39,194 bases of DNA, taken from contig JYFJ02003649.1 in the NCBI GenBank assembly GCA_000934665.2, forward strand, positions 1-39,194, written 5' to 3'. Each line of letters begins with the position of its first letter. Within the stretch, counting starts at the first letter, position 1. A program made the position numbers and the translations under genes. A model generated the notes under the pieces. The model saw nothing but the letters and a program-made list of their open reading frames with translations, did no database searches and was not told where the DNA came from. The DNA comes from Catajapyx aquilonaris (Eukaryota). This document shows, piece by piece, positions 37,801 to 39,194 of this stretch.

Positions 37801-38416
37801 TCGAGATTCTTTTCTAGATCTACCTTGATTGCTCTCTAATTATTGAAAGCGCAGGTGTCTTCATTGAAACCGTGTTGAAGAGTTTCTTTTGAGTTTTATA
37901 CCACGTGACAATATAGGTAGGCTACACAAAATGCAGTTTGATGCAGTGGGATTTTCAATGGTAAATCCAGTTACAGGTTAAGGTTCTGCATGCGAAGCCC
38001 TGCCTCTTAGTGCTAATTAATTGGAAATCCGGTTCCGGGCTGGAAAAGGATGGCAAAAAAAAAAGTTGGGGATCTTGAAGTGCAAAAAAAAAATGAAGGT
38101 GGTTGTTGAGAGGGTGTGGCAGGGCGGGGCAGTGCGTATGCGCATTCAATAGGGGCACAATTGTATCCACAGCCAAATTACTGCAGGACTGGATTTATTA
38201 TTATGTAGGCGAAGGTTACGTCATGGTAAGACTAACGGCTGATTTGCGAAATGAATTTTGGAGCCTGAGGGGCCTTGCCTGCTTCCAAACCTATAGTTTA
38301 AGGAGCTTTGCTGTACTTAATGCATTATTGGTGAGTTCAATAAATTTTACAATTTACATACGGCACCAGTATTCCGAAGAGTTAACCACATGATCGATTT
38401 ATCGGAGTGCAGACTT

Positions 38417-38600
38417 GGCCCGTATTCATAATGGAATTCGAACGCGGGGTCGGGGTTGAACCCGGGGTTGAGGCGGAGTTGACCCCGGGTTCGTATTCAT
38501 AATGGCCTTGAAACCCCGCGATCCGGGGTTGAGTCGGGCGGGGAGTTGACCCCGGTCCTCGACCAGGGTTCAGTTCTGAACTCGGGGTTGAGGTCGATTG
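38417..38600 (+). mobile_element. Left end of a PIF/Harbinger transposon with subterminal repeats
   Basis: Harbinger-type terminus GGCCCGTATTCATAAT, with CGTATTCATAATGG repeated at ~38492. CGGGGTTGA occurs four times and GAGTTGACCCCGG twice, directly before a transposase remnant. Confidence 0.7.
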
Positions 38601-38603
38601 CAA

Positions 38604-38845
38604 ATGGCGGAAGGGGTCGAAGTTCATGCCGTTCTGAAGCGGCTAGACCTCCGACGCGTGTGTCTGAGGGACCGGGAGAACCCGATGGAGGTGTACGACG
38701 ACGCCATGCGTCCCTCCGGCAACGCGGTACCGCCTGCGGAAAGACTGCGTGTTGAACCTGCTCGAAATGATCGCGGCCGACCTCGTTCTTCCTCTGTAGA
38801 CAAGCGGGCCATTTCAGGGCCACTGATAAATTGACATCAGTCATG
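38604..38845 (+). pseudogene. Frameshifted N-terminal fragment of a Harbinger/HARBI1-like transposase
   Basis: MAEGVEVHAVLKRLDLRRVCLRDRENPMEVYDD, then after frameshifts RYRLRKDCVLNLLEMIAADL (38725-38784) and *TSGPFQ. This resembles the Harbinger pattern RDRxNPLExYDD..F..RYR....LL..I..DL...ATGSFQ. Confidence 0.7.
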
Positions 38846-38880
38846 CAAAGACAGTGATTTTATTGGGTGGGCTACATATA

Positions 38881-39194
38881 CAGGGAGTCATCCCAAGTTC
38901 AAGTGACGATTTAACGGTTATAAATAGCAGCGATTTTGTGCTATTCATGTAGCAGCTACGTCTGAACTATTACCTCTTCGGCGTCATCGAAAAGATTAGC
39001 TGCCAATAGCAGCATACATGTAATGAATCTGCTGGAACCACATGCCACATGCGGCACCAATGCCAATCCGGCAGTCCGCAAAGAAGGCTGCCACTTCCGC
39101 GCCACACGCGGGGTAAAACAGGGCACTGTATTTTTTCCAGGTCAACCCGACAGGATTCATTACATGCTTGATTACATGTATGCTGCTATTGGCA
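38881..39194 (+). mobile_element. Degenerate Tc1/mariner-superfamily (maT-like) remnant; right end not seen
   Basis: TA|CAGGGAGTC start. Broken peptides LNYYLFGVIEKISC*QH (~38962-39024) and AVRKEGCHFR...VKQG resemble the post-catalytic C-terminus of these transposases (LDYYVWGVLE...H...VRKAC..FR). Confidence 0.4.

Noticed and set aside
14200..38400. cortex (Cdc20/fizzy-like WD40) exons expected from lepidopteran synteny
   Set aside because: No C-box, WD40 or IR-tail peptide recognised. Short divergent exons cannot be excluded without tBLASTn.
38440..38600. CRISPR-like or iteron-like short repeat array
   Set aside because: Irregular spacing, 9-13-bp units and a eukaryotic context; explained as Harbinger subterminal repeats.

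Overview
Eukaryotic, most likely arthropod, genomic DNA; the species cannot be resolved. The ORF track is mostly noise. Bases 2569-9124 carry the last eight coding exons of a spliced PARN (poly(A)-specific ribonuclease) gene on the + strand, and the 5' exons lie outside the window. About 2.4-3.8 kb beyond the likely PARN poly(A) signal, on the opposite strand, are two microRNA hairpins: mir-193 (~14102-14199) and mir-2788 (~12801-12894). Upstream of them lie about 24 kb with no recognisable protein-coding gene. The parn + mir-2788 + mir-193 arrangement is the core of the butterfly/moth 'cortex' wing-colour locus, where the lncRNA ivory is the pri-miRNA. The main hypothesis is therefore an unannotated ivory-like pri-miRNA/lncRNA and its regulatory region. 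PARN introns and 3' region hold many non-autonomous elements: a V-domain SINE, a Helitron, two fold-back Tc1/mariner MITEs flanking an in-frame RRM exon, a three-layer nested palindrome, and a 33-bp P-element-like footprint. A Tourist-type MITE and a fossil Harbinger transposase lie further right. There is one assembly gap (n at 23899). All family assignments are from recall, not database searches.
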